This document shows, in pieces, positions 1 through 10,889 of a DNA stretch of 64,000 bases. This DNA is from Candidatus Rokuibacteriota bacterium. Lineage in GTDB: Bacteria; JAUVQV01; DATDCY01. The stretch is taken from contig JANOHV010000072.1 in the NCBI GenBank assembly GCA_031406795.1, forward strand, positions 457 to 64,456. The letters are read 5' to 3'. How positions within the stretch are numbered: the first letter of the stretch is position 1; each line of letters opens with the position of its first letter. Below the pieces are notes generated by a model. The model worked only from the letters and a program-made list of their open reading frames with translations. It was not told the DNA's origin and ran no database searches. A program made the position numbers and the translations under genes.

Positions 1-1836
<1,836 letters not shown>

Positions 1837-1843
1837 ACTCGAC

Positions 1844-1890
1844 CGCCCCGCGTGCCGGAGTCAGGCGCGCGGGGCGGTTTCCGTTTCTGC
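1844..1890. terminator. Rho-independent terminator between convergent dnaK and pgsA-like genes
   Basis: GC stem CCGCCCCGCG (1844-1853) pairs with CGCGGGGCGG (1868-1877), followed by TTTCCGTTTCTGC. It sits exactly between the two stop codons and could act bidirectionally. Confidence 0.6.
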
Positions 1891-2525
1891 TAGCGCGATT
1901 TCATCGCGGCGCGGACGTGCAGCACGCGCTGCCCGGCCGTGAGCAGCGTGAGCGTGGCGAGCAGCCAGAGCGCCGGCGACAGCAGCCCGAGGAGGGCGCC
2001 GGCGACCAGCACGATGATCCGTTCGGGCCGCTCCATGAGGCCGACGTCGCATTTCACGCCCAACGCCTCGGCTCGGGCCTTCGTGTAGCTGACGAGGAAG
2101 GAACCGGCCAGGGCCGCGAGCGTCGCCAGAAGCTCCGGCTTCCCGCGCACGTGCCAGGCGATGCCGGTGAAGATCAGCGCCTCCGTGAAGCGGTCGGCGA
2201 CCGAGTCGATGTAGGAGCCGAACAGCGAGGCCTCCCCGGAGGCGCGGGCGAGCGATCCGTCGAGCATGTCGCTGACGCCGGCGAGGATCAGCAGGATGCC
2301 GGCGAGCACCAGGCGACCGCAAGCAAAGGCGAACCCGGCGAGCCCGCCGAAGACGATGCCCGCGAAGGTCAGGTAGTCGGGGCTCACCCGCAGGCGGTGC
2401 AGCACGAGATTCACGGGCTGGATGTATTCGCCGAAGGCGCTCTTGTATTTGCAGCTCAACACGATAGCTTCCGTCCCCGCATGAAGTGTGGCGCCATCGT
2501 ACCTCACTCCCCATCGAACCGGCAA
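1890..2525 (-). CDS. pgsA: CDP-alcohol phosphatidyltransferase (phosphatidylglycerophosphate synthase-like)
   Basis: Family signature D-x2-D-G-x2-AR-x8-G-x3-D-x3-D (DMLDGSLARASGEASLFGSYIDSVADR) plus multiple transmembrane helices. Start is uncertain: ATG at 2525 gives an atypical 38-aa leader, and an alternative GTG at 2409 precedes VNLVLHRL. Confidence 0.8.
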   Translation of the reverse strand: MPVRWGVRYDGATLHAGTEAIVLSCKYKSAFGEYIQPVNLVLHRLRVSPDYLTFAGIVFGGLAGFAFACGRLVLAGILLILAGVSDMLDGSLARASGEASLFGSYIDSVADRFTEALIFTGIAWHVRGKPELLATLAALAGSFLVSYTKARAEALGVKCDVGLMERPERIIVLVAGALLGLLSPALWLLATLTLLTAGQRVLHVRAAMKSR

Positions 2526-2534
2526 GGGGGGGCG

Positions 2535-2563
2535 TTGACTTTTATCAAGGTATTTCCCATACT
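2535..2563 (+). promoter_or_regulatory. Candidate sigma70-type promoter for the hem cluster
   Basis: TTGACT (2535-2540), a 17-bp AT-rich spacer, then CATACT (2558-2563), lying just upstream of the ccsA/hemX-like start at 2573 in a locally AT-rich segment. Confidence 0.35.
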
Positions 2564-2572
2564 TCCAAGGCT

Positions 2573-3397
2573 ATGTTGAATATCAGGCTCTTCCAGGTCG
2601 CCCTGGCGCTCTATGGGCTGGGGACCTTCGGCTACCTGGCTTTTCTGACGACGCCGCGCGAGACGGTGGCCAGGCTGGCGCGCATCGCGACCGGCCTCGG
2701 CGTGCTGGCGCACACCGGCTTTTTTCTGGCGCGCTGGGCGGCCTCCGGGTATTTTCCGATCACCAACCTCTTCGAATCGCTGAATTTCTTCTCCTGGGCG
2801 ATCGTGGTCTCCTTCATCGTGCTGCAGGTCCGCTTCCCCGCGGCGGTGGTCGGCGCCATCGTGATGCCGATCGCGCTGCTGCTTGCGGCCTCTTCGCTGG
2901 CCCTCGACGCCGCCGTCGCCCCGCTCGCGCCGGCGCTGCAGAGCGGCTGGCTCTACGTGCACACGACGCTGGCCTTCGTCGGCGATGCGTTCTTCGTCAT
3001 CGCGTTCGCCGGCGGGGTGCTCTATCTCGTCCAGGAGCGGCAGCTCAAGAGTCGCCACACCGGGGCCTTCTTCCACCGGCTCCCCTCCCTGGACCTGCTC
3101 GACCGGGTCAATTACCGCAGCCTGACGATCGGCTTTCCGCTGCTGACCCTCGGGATCATCACCGGGGCGATCTGGGCCGAACGGGCCTGGGGTTCGTACT
3201 GGCAGTGGGATCCGAAGGAGACCTGGTCGCTGATCACCTGGTTCATCTACGCCGCCCTGGTGCACGCCCGTCTGACGGTCGGCTGGCGCGGACGCAAGGC
3301 GGCCTGGCTGTCGATCGTCGGGTTCCTCGCGGTGCTCTTCACCTTCCTCGGGGTGAACATGCTCCTCGGCGGCCTGCACTCCTACACGAACAAGTAG
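2573..3397 (+). CDS. Cytochrome c assembly protein family (CcsA/ResC-like; HemX-type gene preceding hemA)
   Basis: Polytopic membrane protein with the tryptophan-rich segment WGSYWQWDPKETWSL typical of CcsA/CcmC/HemX-type haem-handling proteins. Position immediately 5' of hemA matches hemAXCDB-type clusters. Start taken at MLNIRLF (ATG 2573); the ORF is open from 2486. Confidence 0.85.
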   Translation: MLNIRLFQVALALYGLGTFGYLAFLTTPRETVARLARIATGLGVLAHTGFFLARWAASGYFPITNLFESLNFFSWAIVVSFIVLQVRFPAAVVGAIVMPIALLLAASSLALDAAVAPLAPALQSGWLYVHTTLAFVGDAFFVIAFAGGVLYLVQERQLKSRHTGAFFHRLPSLDLLDRVNYRSLTIGFPLLTLGIITGAIWAERAWGSYWQWDPKETWSLITWFIYAALVHARLTVGWRGRKAAWLSIVGFLAVLFTFLGVNMLLGGLHSYTNK

Positions 3398-3407
3398 GCA
3401 GCAGGCG

Positions 3408-4715
3408 ATGGACATCATTGTGCTTGGCCTGAACCACAAGACCGCCCCCGTGCACATCCGCGAGCGGGTGGCGTTTCCGGAGAAGACGATCCACGAGCCC
3501 CTGCGCGCGCTGCACGGCGCCGCCGGCGTGCGCGAGACGATGATCCTCTCGACCTGCAATCGCGTCGAGATCGCGGCGGTCGTCGAGAGCCGCGAGCAGG
3601 GCGCGGCGGCGGTGCGCGCCTTCGTCGCCGCTCACCACGAGGTGCCCGAGGGCGATCTGGCCCCGCACCTGTACCTGCACGCCGGGGCCGACGCGGTGCG
3701 CCACCTCTTCCGCGTGGCCTCGAGTCTCGATTCGCTGGTCGTCGGCGAGCCGCAGATCCTCGGACAGGTCAAGGACGCCTACCAGTACGCGCGCGAAGCC
3801 GGGGCGATCGGCATGGTGCTCGACCGGCTGCTGAAGAAAGCGCTCTCGGTGGCCAAGCAGGTGCGCACCGAGACCGAGATCGCGCGCAGCGCCGTGTCGG
3901 TCAGCTTCGCGGCCGTCGAGCTGGCGAAGAAGATCTTCGGCGAGATCGAGGGGCGCTCGGCGATGATCATCGGCGCCGGCGAGATGGCCGAACTCGCGGT
4001 CAAGCACCTGGTCTCCAGCGGCGTGCGCGAGGTGCTCGTCGTGAACCGCACCTTCGAGAAGGCGGTCGCCCTGGCGCAGGAGTTCGGCGGCACGGCGGTG
4101 AAATACGAAGACCTCTTCGACCAGCTGGTGATCAGCGACATCGTGATCTCCTCCACCGGCGCGCCGCACTTCATCATCAAGGGCGAGGACGTCAGGAAGG
4201 TCATGGCGCGCCGCCGGCACCGGCCGATGTTCTTCATCGACATCGCCGTGCCGCGCGACATCGAGCCGTCGGTCAACGACGTCGACAACGCCTATCTCTA
4301 CAACGTGGACGACCTGCAATCGGTGGTCGACGGGAACATCAAGGAGCGGCGCAAGGAGGCCGACAAGGCCGAGAAGATCGTCGAGGAGGAGGTCGGCACC
4401 TTCGAGAAGTGGATCGCCTCGCTCCAGGTCGTGCCGACCATCGTGCAGCTGCGCCAGAGCGTCGACGCGATGCGCGCGGCCGAGCTGGAGAAGAGCCTCG
4501 GCCGGCTCGCGCACCTGGCGGACAAGGACCGCGAGCAGGTGAAGCTGCTCACCCAGTCGATCGTGAACAAGATCCTGCACAGCCCGCTGACGGTGCTCAA
4601 GGAGAGCTCCCAGTCGCCGGAGGCCGGGGTCTACCTGGAGGTCACGAGAAGGCTCTTCAATCTTGCGGACCCCCCGGCGGGGCAGGGAGGAGACGAAGGC
4701 AATGGCACGAACTGA
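3408..4715 (+). CDS. hemA: Glutamyl-tRNA reductase
   Basis: N-terminus MDIIVLGLNHKTAPVHIRERVAF, active-site region STCNRVEI, NADPH-binding GAGEMAELA and a C-terminal dimerisation helix; 435 aa. Confidence 0.96.
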   Translation: MDIIVLGLNHKTAPVHIRERVAFPEKTIHEPLRALHGAAGVRETMILSTCNRVEIAAVVESREQGAAAVRAFVAAHHEVPEGDLAPHLYLHAGADAVRHLFRVASSLDSLVVGEPQILGQVKDAYQYAREAGAIGMVLDRLLKKALSVAKQVRTETEIARSAVSVSFAAVELAKKIFGEIEGRSAMIIGAGEMAELAVKHLVSSGVREVLVVNRTFEKAVALAQEFGGTAVKYEDLFDQLVISDIVISSTGAPHFIIKGEDVRKVMARRRHRPMFFIDIAVPRDIEPSVNDVDNAYLYNVDDLQSVVDGNIKERRKEADKAEKIVEEEVGTFEKWIASLQVVPTIVQLRQSVDAMRAAELEKSLGRLAHLADKDREQVKLLTQSIVNKILHSPLTVLKESSQSPEAGVYLEVTRRLFNLADPPAGQGGDEGNGTN

Positions 4716-5649
4716 CCGCCCGCTGCGGATCGCCACGCGCAAGAGCGCGCTCGCGCTCTGGCAGGCGAACTTCATCAAGGCCGGCCTCGAGGCGGCGCAC
4801 CCGGGGCTCGAAGTCGAGCTGGTGCCGCTGATGACGACGGGCGACAAGATCCTCGACGTCCCGCTCGCCAAGGTCGGCGGCAAGGGGCTCTTCACCAAAG
4901 AGATCGAACAGGCGCTGATCGACGAGCGCGCCGACCTGGCCGTGCACAGCATGAAGGACGTGCCGACGCAGCGGGCGCCGGGGCTGATGCTCGCCGGCAC
5001 CGGCGTGCGCGAGGACGTGCGCGACGCGCTCGTGGCGGCGCGGGTCGGGAGTCTGGAGGAGCTGCCGCGGGGCGGGCGGGTCGGCACGAGCAGCCTGCGT
5101 CGCCAGGCCCAGCTGCTGCACCTGCGGCCCGATCTGCAGATCGTCTCGATCCGCGGCAACGTGCAGACCCGGATGAACAAGATCCAGGAGTTGGACCTGG
5201 AGGCCGTCGTGCTGGCGGCCGCCGGTCTGCGCCGCCTCGGCTTCGCCGACCGGATCACCCAGTACATTTCCCCGAGCGTCAGCCTCCCGGCGATCGCCCA
5301 AGGCGCGCTGGCGCTCGAGATCCGCGCCGACGACGCGCTGACCCTCGAGCGCATCGGCATCTTCCATCATGAACCCACGCAGATCGCGATCACGGCCGAA
5401 CGGGCCTTCCTCGCGCGTCTCGAGGGCGGCTGCCAGGTGCCGATCGCGGGGCTGGCGAAGATCGAAGGCGACCGCGTGTCGATGGAGGGCCTCGTCGGAA
5501 GCGTCGACGGAAAGGTGCTGATCCGCGACCGCGGCGAGGGCCCGGTCGCCGAGGCGGCGCGCGTCGGCCGCGAGCTGGCCGAGAAGATCCTCGACCGCGG
5601 CGGACGCGCCATTCTCGCGGAAGTCTACAAGAACGAAGGGCCGCACTGA
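4702..5649 (+). CDS. hemC: Hydroxymethylbilane synthase (porphobilinogen deaminase)
   Basis: LRIATRKSALALWQANFIKAGLEAAHPGLEVELVPLMTTGDKILDVPLAKVGGKGLFTKEIE is a clear HemC N-domain. Start at MARTD (ATG 4702) overlaps the hemA 3' end by 14 nt; the ORF is open from 4663. Confidence 0.95.
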   Translation: MARTDRPLRIATRKSALALWQANFIKAGLEAAHPGLEVELVPLMTTGDKILDVPLAKVGGKGLFTKEIEQALIDERADLAVHSMKDVPTQRAPGLMLAGTGVREDVRDALVAARVGSLEELPRGGRVGTSSLRRQAQLLHLRPDLQIVSIRGNVQTRMNKIQELDLEAVVLAAAGLRRLGFADRITQYISPSVSLPAIAQGALALEIRADDALTLERIGIFHHEPTQIAITAERAFLARLEGGCQVPIAGLAKIEGDRVSMEGLVGSVDGKVLIRDRGEGPVAEAARVGRELAEKILDRGGRAILAEVYKNEGPH

Positions 5650-5991
5650 TCGTGACAAGAGGCGACAGCGGGCAGGTGCCGTGCGGTCGCCAGCTGCGCG
5701 CTCGACCGGAGCTTGTCCGCCCCTGCGCTCGAAGCGTGCAACTCGCCCTGCGGGCTCAGACAGCACGCTTCGCCCCTGCGGGGACGCTCCGGTGCGGCCG
5801 CTCCGGTTCCCTCGCGCTCCGCCATGCGCCCGCCCGTCACCTGCCCGCTGTCGCCCAAGTCAGTGACAGTAACTGCGGAGGGGTGGCGCGGGGGGGAGGT
5901 CTCCATCGGCGGAACGAAGTGAGTGCCCGCTCGGGGGGCATAAACACGATGGAGGTTCGTAGCGACAGGACCCCGACGACAGACATGGGCT

Positions 5992-6780
5992 ATGCCCGTG
6001 GGTAGTTTGAGCGGGAAGACAGTTCTCGTCACCCGGGCGCCGGGGCAGGCGGGGGAGTTCGCCAAGCTGCTGCGCGAGTGCGGTGCCACGGTCGTCGAAA
6101 TTCCGACCATCGAGATCGTCCCGCCGCTGTCGTGGGAGGACGCCGACCGCGCCATCGACCGTCTCCCCGGCTACGACTGGCTGATCCTGACGAGCACCAA
6201 CGCCGTCGACTGGTTCTTCCGGCGGGTGCGCGAGCGGCGCGGCGATCTCGCCTGCCTCAAAGGCGTACGCGTCTGCGCCGTCGGCCCCAAAACGCGCGCC
6301 GCGATCGAGGCCGCCGGCCTCGCCGTCGAGTTCCAGCCTTCGGTCTATCGCGCCGAAGGGTTGATCAACGAGGCGGGCGAAGGCGCCTGGGATGGCAGAC
6401 GAGTGCTCTTCCCCCGTGCGGCTGAGGGCCGCGACGTGATACCCGACGAGATGCGGCGCGTCGGCGCGGAGCTGGACCTGGTGACGGTCTACCGGACGGT
6501 TCCCTCTCAGGTGGGGCGCGAAAAGCTGCGATCGCTGCTAGCCGCCGGGACACTCGACGCGGTGACCTTCACGAGCGGCTCGACCGTCAACAGCTTTGTC
6601 TCGCTGCTCGATCCCGCGCAGATCGAAAGCATCGCCGGGCGGGTCGTCGTGGCTTGCATTGGTCCGGTGACCGCGGATGCGGCGCGGGCGGCGGGCCTGC
6701 CGGTGGACGCGCTCGCGCGGGAAGCGACGATGCCGGGGCTCGCGGATGCGCTGGAGGATTATTTCGCGAGGGGGATTTGA
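5992..6780 (+). CDS. hemD: Uroporphyrinogen-III synthase (stand-alone, not fused to cobA)
   Basis: HemD fold motifs ([19 protein letters not shown] ... [13 protein letters not shown] ... [13 protein letters not shown] ... [11 protein letters not shown]), 262 aa. Confidence 0.9.
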   Translation: MPVGSLSGKTVLVTRAPGQAGEFAKLLRECGATVVEIPTIEIVPPLSWEDADRAIDRLPGYDWLILTSTNAVDWFFRRVRERRGDLACLKGVRVCAVGPKTRAAIEAAGLAVEFQPSVYRAEGLINEAGEGAWDGRRVLFPRAAEGRDVIPDEMRRVGAELDLVTVYRTVPSQVGREKLRSLLAAGTLDAVTFTSGSTVNSFVSLLDPAQIESIAGRVVVACIGPVTADAARAAGLPVDALAREATMPGLADALEDYFARGI

Positions 6781-6841
6781 CGAGCCTCTGCCAAAGCATA
6801 TGATGTACCCGTTGTCCATTACCCCAGAGAGGAGAACAATT

Positions 6842-7825
6842 ATGTACTTTCCCGTGTACCGCCCGCGGCGGCTGCGACGCACCGAGGCCCTGCGCGGGAT
6901 GATCCGCGAGACCGAGTTGAATGCCAGGGACTTCATCTATCCGCTCTTCGTCGTGCCCGGAGCCGGCGTGAGAAAAGAGATTTCCTCGATGCCGGGGGTC
7001 TTCCAGTTCTCGCAGGAACAGCTCGTGAAAGAGGCCGCCGCAGCCCACGCGCTGGGTGTCCCGGCGGTGATCCTCTTCGGGATCCCCGAGGAGAAGGACG
7101 CGGTCGGTTCGCACGCCAGCCGCGCCGACGGCGTCGTGCAGCGCGCGATCGAGGCGCTCAAGCGCGATCTGCCCTCGCTCGTCGTGGTGACGGACGTCTG
7201 CCTCTGCGAGTACACCGATCACGGGCACTGCGGGATCATCGAGAACGGCGATGTCGCCAACGACCCGACGCTCAGACTCCTCGCGCAGGAGGCGCTCAGC
7301 CACGCCCGCGCGGGCGCCGACATGGTCGCGCCCTCCGACATGATGGACGGGCGCGTCGGGGCGATCCGCCACGCGCTGGACGACCACGATTTCACGGGCG
7401 TGCCGGTCATGGCCTACTCCGCCAAGTACGCCTCCGGCTTCTACGGGCCGTTCCGCGAGGCCGCGGAGTCCACGCCGCAGTTCGGCGACCGGCGTTCCTA
7501 CCAGATGGACCCCGCCAACGGCATCGAGGCGCTGCGGGAGACGCGCCTGGACGTCGAGGAGGGCGCCGACATCGTCATGGTCAAGCCCGCGCTCTCGTAC
7601 CTGGACATCATCGCGGCGATCCACACCGAATTCGACCTGCCGGTTGCCGCCTACAACGTCAGCGGGGAGTACGCGATGGTCAAAGCCGCGGCTCAGAAGG
7701 GCTGGATCGACGGCGATCGCGTCATGATGGAGATCCTGACGTCGATCAAACGCGCCGGCGCGGACATGATCCTGACCTATCACGCCAAGGAGGCGGCGGC
7801 GCTGCTCAAGGCAACCGGGATCTGA
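6842..7825 (+). CDS. hemB: Porphobilinogen synthase (delta-aminolevulinate dehydratase)
   Basis: [21 protein letters not shown], metal-binding [14 protein letters not shown], active-site lysines ([15 protein letters not shown]). Start taken at MYFPVYRP (ATG 6842); the ORF is open from 6677 and overlaps the hemD end. Confidence 0.95.
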   Translation: MYFPVYRPRRLRRTEALRGMIRETELNARDFIYPLFVVPGAGVRKEISSMPGVFQFSQEQLVKEAAAAHALGVPAVILFGIPEEKDAVGSHASRADGVVQRAIEALKRDLPSLVVVTDVCLCEYTDHGHCGIIENGDVANDPTLRLLAQEALSHARAGADMVAPSDMMDGRVGAIRHALDDHDFTGVPVMAYSAKYASGFYGPFREAAESTPQFGDRRSYQMDPANGIEALRETRLDVEEGADIVMVKPALSYLDIIAAIHTEFDLPVAAYNVSGEYAMVKAAAQKGWIDGDRVMMEILTSIKRAGADMILTYHAKEAAALLKATGI

Positions 7826-7873
7826 CTGGCTGCCGCAGGCCCCGAAACCGGCCGGCCGGCACCCGGACCGGAA

Positions 7874-8260
7874 CTACCTCAGCGTGACGCAGCCGGCGGG
7901 GAGTTCGTGCGTGCCGAAGCCCTTGACTTCGAGGTCGCCGATCTTCAGCAGCTGCGCCGTGTACACATCCTCGAGAACGGTGGCCATGAGGTCCGATGCG
8001 ACCTTGTCGTAGTGCGCGCCGGCGAGGACATCGATCCTGGCGTTCTCGCCGACCACGCACAGGGTGGTCAGAATCCAGAACTTCTTCCCCGCGTCGTCCA
8101 TGACCTTGATGGCCGTGAAGGTGCCGACGTCGGTCTTGGAGATCACGGTGCCGGAGCGCAGCGGAACGATCGCCGCTTGTGCCCGCGGGGCGGACGCCAG
8201 CGTGCCCAGGGCGAAAAGAACCACGGAAACCAGCATTGTTCGTGCGATGCTTCTCGTCAT
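7874..8260 (-). CDS. Hypothetical secreted protein (signal peptide)
   Basis: 128-aa ORF with an N-terminal signal peptide (MTRSIARTMLVSVVLFALGTLASAPRAQA) and no recognisable family. It lies downstream of, and on the same strand as, the small cytochrome c-like gene. Confidence 0.55.
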   Translation of the reverse strand: MTRSIARTMLVSVVLFALGTLASAPRAQAAIVPLRSGTVISKTDVGTFTAIKVMDDAGKKFWILTTLCVVGENARIDVLAGAHYDKVASDLMATVLEDVYTAQLLKIGDLEVKGFGTHELPAGCVTLR

Positions 8261-8444
8261 GGCGTCCCCCTGTCTGCGGCTACGCTCCCGGGCGACCGCG
8301 AATCAGCTGCGGGTACCGAAAACCCAAAACGCCATGAATATCACGCCGCGGCGCGAGGATGTCAAGGAATGGGGTCTGTGCGCGTTTCCCCGCTTCCCGC
8401 CGCCGCTGCGACGATCCTTGTCGCAGGCGGCTTTCGGAAGAGGG

Positions 8445-8681
8445 CTAGTTGGCCTGCGGGCGCACGGCGCAGGGAAGCGTGGCCACTCGAAGGGAGGAGC
8501 GGGCAAACGACCCGTCGTGGCAGTAGGTGCACGGGCTTGCCTGCTGCAAGCCCTTGACGAAGTACGTGGTCTGGACACTCTTCTGCGTCATGTAGCTCAT
8601 GACTCCCATCAGCGCGAAGGCGAAAACGGCCAAGGTCAGCAGCGACGGCAACACCAGAATCCTGAATGATCGAGCCATCAT
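8445..8681 (-). CDS. Small membrane-anchored mono-haem c-type cytochrome-like protein
   Basis: Start MMARSF (ATG 8681 or 8678), an N-terminal hydrophobic helix, and a single CXXCH haem-binding motif (PCTYCHDG). The ORF is open to 8768 but the upstream part looks non-coding. Confidence 0.5.
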   Translation of the reverse strand: MMARSFRILVLPSLLTLAVFAFALMGVMSYMTQKSVQTTYFVKGLQQASPCTYCHDGSFARSSLRVATLPCAVRPQAN

Positions 8682-8872
8682 CCCATCCCCCGTGCAGTGG
8701 CCGCTATGACTCTCTTCATGCAATGAAAGATAGCTTGGCGGCGACCGCAGGGAAGTGACCAGCGTCACCGGGGTAAATAATAATGTTTTGGTTGCTCCCG
8801 GCCTGCTCCGGTGCTACGGTCAGCGAGTAGGCCGCAGTCGAAGCGTCGGGCCGTGAAGAGGGGGAGAGCGTC

Positions 8873-10864
8873 ATGCAGGTGAGCGGATCGGCGCTGCGTT
8901 CCATCACCGCCAAATTCATGATCTTCACCACGCTGCTGACGGTGCTGCTGCTCGGGGCCCAGGGGATCTACGTCGTCCGCAGCAACAACAGTTTCGCCCG
9001 CTCGCTGCTCCAGGTCCGCGGCGAGGAGCTCCAGAGCAGCCTCGAGGCCGGTCTCCGGCACGGGTATCTGACGGTGGCGGCCGGGACGCTGCTCACGGTG
9101 CTGCTGTTCGTCGGCGGGATCTACCTGCTCACGCGCTGGGTCGTGACCCGCCCGCTCGCGCGGCTGGCGCGCACCATGGGCGCCGTGGCCGCCGGCGACC
9201 TCACCGCGCGGGCCGATGCCGGCGGCCAGGACGAGATCGGCAGCCTGGCGCGGGACGCGAATCGGATGATCGACTCCCTCGCGGTGCTCATCGGCAGGGT
9301 CAAGGTCTCTTCCGGCCGGATCTCCGAGGCCTCGGACCGGATTGCCGAAACCTCGATGCGCGTCGCGCTGGCCGCGAGCGATTCGGCGGCGACGTCGGAG
9401 CAGACCGCGCGACTGAACGAGTCCTCGGCCACCGCCGTCGAGCAGACCACCGCGACGATGCACGAGATGTCGACGAACATCCAGAGCATCGCCCGCAGCA
9501 CCCAGGACCAGGCCGCCGCCGTCACGGAGACCTCCGCCTCGGCCGAGCAGATGGCCGCGGCCATCGGCCGCATCGCCGCGACGGTGAACCAGTTCGTGGA
9601 ACTCTCCCGAAAGGCCCGGGAGGCGGTCACCAACGGCCTCGATGCTGTGAGCAGGTCCGTGCGGGGCACCGACGAGATCAGCGGTTCGATCTCGCGCTCG
9701 GCCGCCACGATCTCCGCCCTCGGGGGGCGCGTCGAGGACATCGGCCGGATCGTGGACGTCATCGACGAGATCGCCGATCAGACGAACCTGCTCGCGCTCA
9801 ACGCCGCGATCGAGGCGGCCCGCGCCGGCGAGCACGGACTGGGCTTTGCGGTGGTCGCGGACGAGGTGCGCAAGCTCGCGGAGCGCTCGGCGCGCTCGAC
9901 CCGGGAGATCGCCGAGCTGATCTCGGGCATCCAGCGGGAATCCCAGTCCGCCGTGTCGCTCATGGAGCGTTCGACGGAGTTCGTGCAGAACGGCGTCGAG
10001 CTGAGCCGCCGCGTCGAGGCGTCGCTGCGCACCATCGAGGGGCACGTGGTCGAGGTCGACCGCTATGCCCGCGAGATCGGCGCGGCGACCCAGGAGCAGT
10101 CACGCGGCAGCAGCCAGGTCGCCAAGGCCACGGAGAACCTGCGCGAGATCACGCAGGAGATCGGCTCTGCGGCCGACGAGCAGGCCGTGGCGGCCGAACA
10201 GATCGTCAGGACGATGGAGCGCATGCGCGGACAGCTGCACCAGGGGGCGGCCCAGAGCGCAGCGCTGGCGCAGACCGCGGAGGAGCTGCACCGCACCAGC
10301 GACACGGATCTGGCGGGGGCCGTGAAGAAGCTGCGCGAGCAGGCCGACGAGTTCCGCCAGATCGTCGGCATGTTCACGATCGAGTCCGGTCAGAAAACGG
10401 ATCGGGAGCTCGAAGCCCTGCTCGGCGCCTCCGCGCGCGAGTTCGCGGAGAAGCTGCTCCGGGATCTCGAGGCGGGCAAGCTCCGCACCGAAGAGCTGTT
10501 CGACGAGAGCTACCAGCCGGCCGAGGGGGGGAAGTTCACCAGCCGGGCCTCGGCCTATTTCGGCACCGAGATCCTGCCGAAACTCGCGGCCTGGAAACGC
10601 GCGCACGAAAGCCTCATCTATGTGGTGGCGATGGATCGCAACGGGTTCATGCCGGTGCATCTTCTGCCCGCGCGGACCGGCGTCATCATGAAGGACCCGG
10701 TGTCCCGGCAGGGCGCCCTCTCCGATAAGCTCATCGGCCAGACCTTCCGGCGCCCGATCGAGGCCGGCGGCGAACTCGTGGTCGACATCGCGACTCCGAT
10801 CGCGATCGACGGCCGGCACTGGGGCTGCCTGAGGTTCGGCTACCTGCCGAAGGCGGGAAGCTGA
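8873..10864 (+). CDS. Methyl-accepting chemotaxis protein (2 TM + HAMP + MCP signalling domain + extra C-terminal domain)
   Basis: Two TM helices separated by only about 30 residues, a HAMP domain (RPLARLARTMGAVAAGDLTARADAGGQDEIGSLARDANRMIDSL), and the highly conserved MCP core (TNLLALNAAIEAARAGEHGLGFAVVADEVRKLAERSA). About 180 additional C-terminal residues end in ...IDGRHWGCLRFGY. Confidence 0.9.
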   Translation: MQVSGSALRSITAKFMIFTTLLTVLLLGAQGIYVVRSNNSFARSLLQVRGEELQSSLEAGLRHGYLTVAAGTLLTVLLFVGGIYLLTRWVVTRPLARLARTMGAVAAGDLTARADAGGQDEIGSLARDANRMIDSLAVLIGRVKVSSGRISEASDRIAETSMRVALAASDSAATSEQTARLNESSATAVEQTTATMHEMSTNIQSIARSTQDQAAAVTETSASAEQMAAAIGRIAATVNQFVELSRKAREAVTNGLDAVSRSVRGTDEISGSISRSAATISALGGRVEDIGRIVDVIDEIADQTNLLALNAAIEAARAGEHGLGFAVVADEVRKLAERSARSTREIAELISGIQRESQSAVSLMERSTEFVQNGVELSRRVEASLRTIEGHVVEVDRYAREIGAATQEQSRGSSQVAKATENLREITQEIGSAADEQAVAAEQIVRTMERMRGQLHQGAAQSAALAQTAEELHRTSDTDLAGAVKKLREQADEFRQIVGMFTIESGQKTDRELEALLGASAREFAEKLLRDLEAGKLRTEELFDESYQPAEGGKFTSRASAYFGTEILPKLAAWKRAHESLIYVVAMDRNGFMPVHLLPARTGVIMKDPVSRQGALSDKLIGQTFRRPIEAGGELVVDIATPIAIDGRHWGCLRFGYLPKAGS

Positions 10865-10889
10865 TCCATCCCGTCTTCCCGTTGCGGCC

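Noticed and set aside
3339-5360. 673-aa minus-strand ORF antisense to hemA and hemC
   Set aside because: It overlaps two well-supported plus-strand genes over its entire length, and its translation is Arg/Ala/Gly/Pro-rich low-complexity sequence. This is the typical open-frame artefact of about 70% GC coding DNA.
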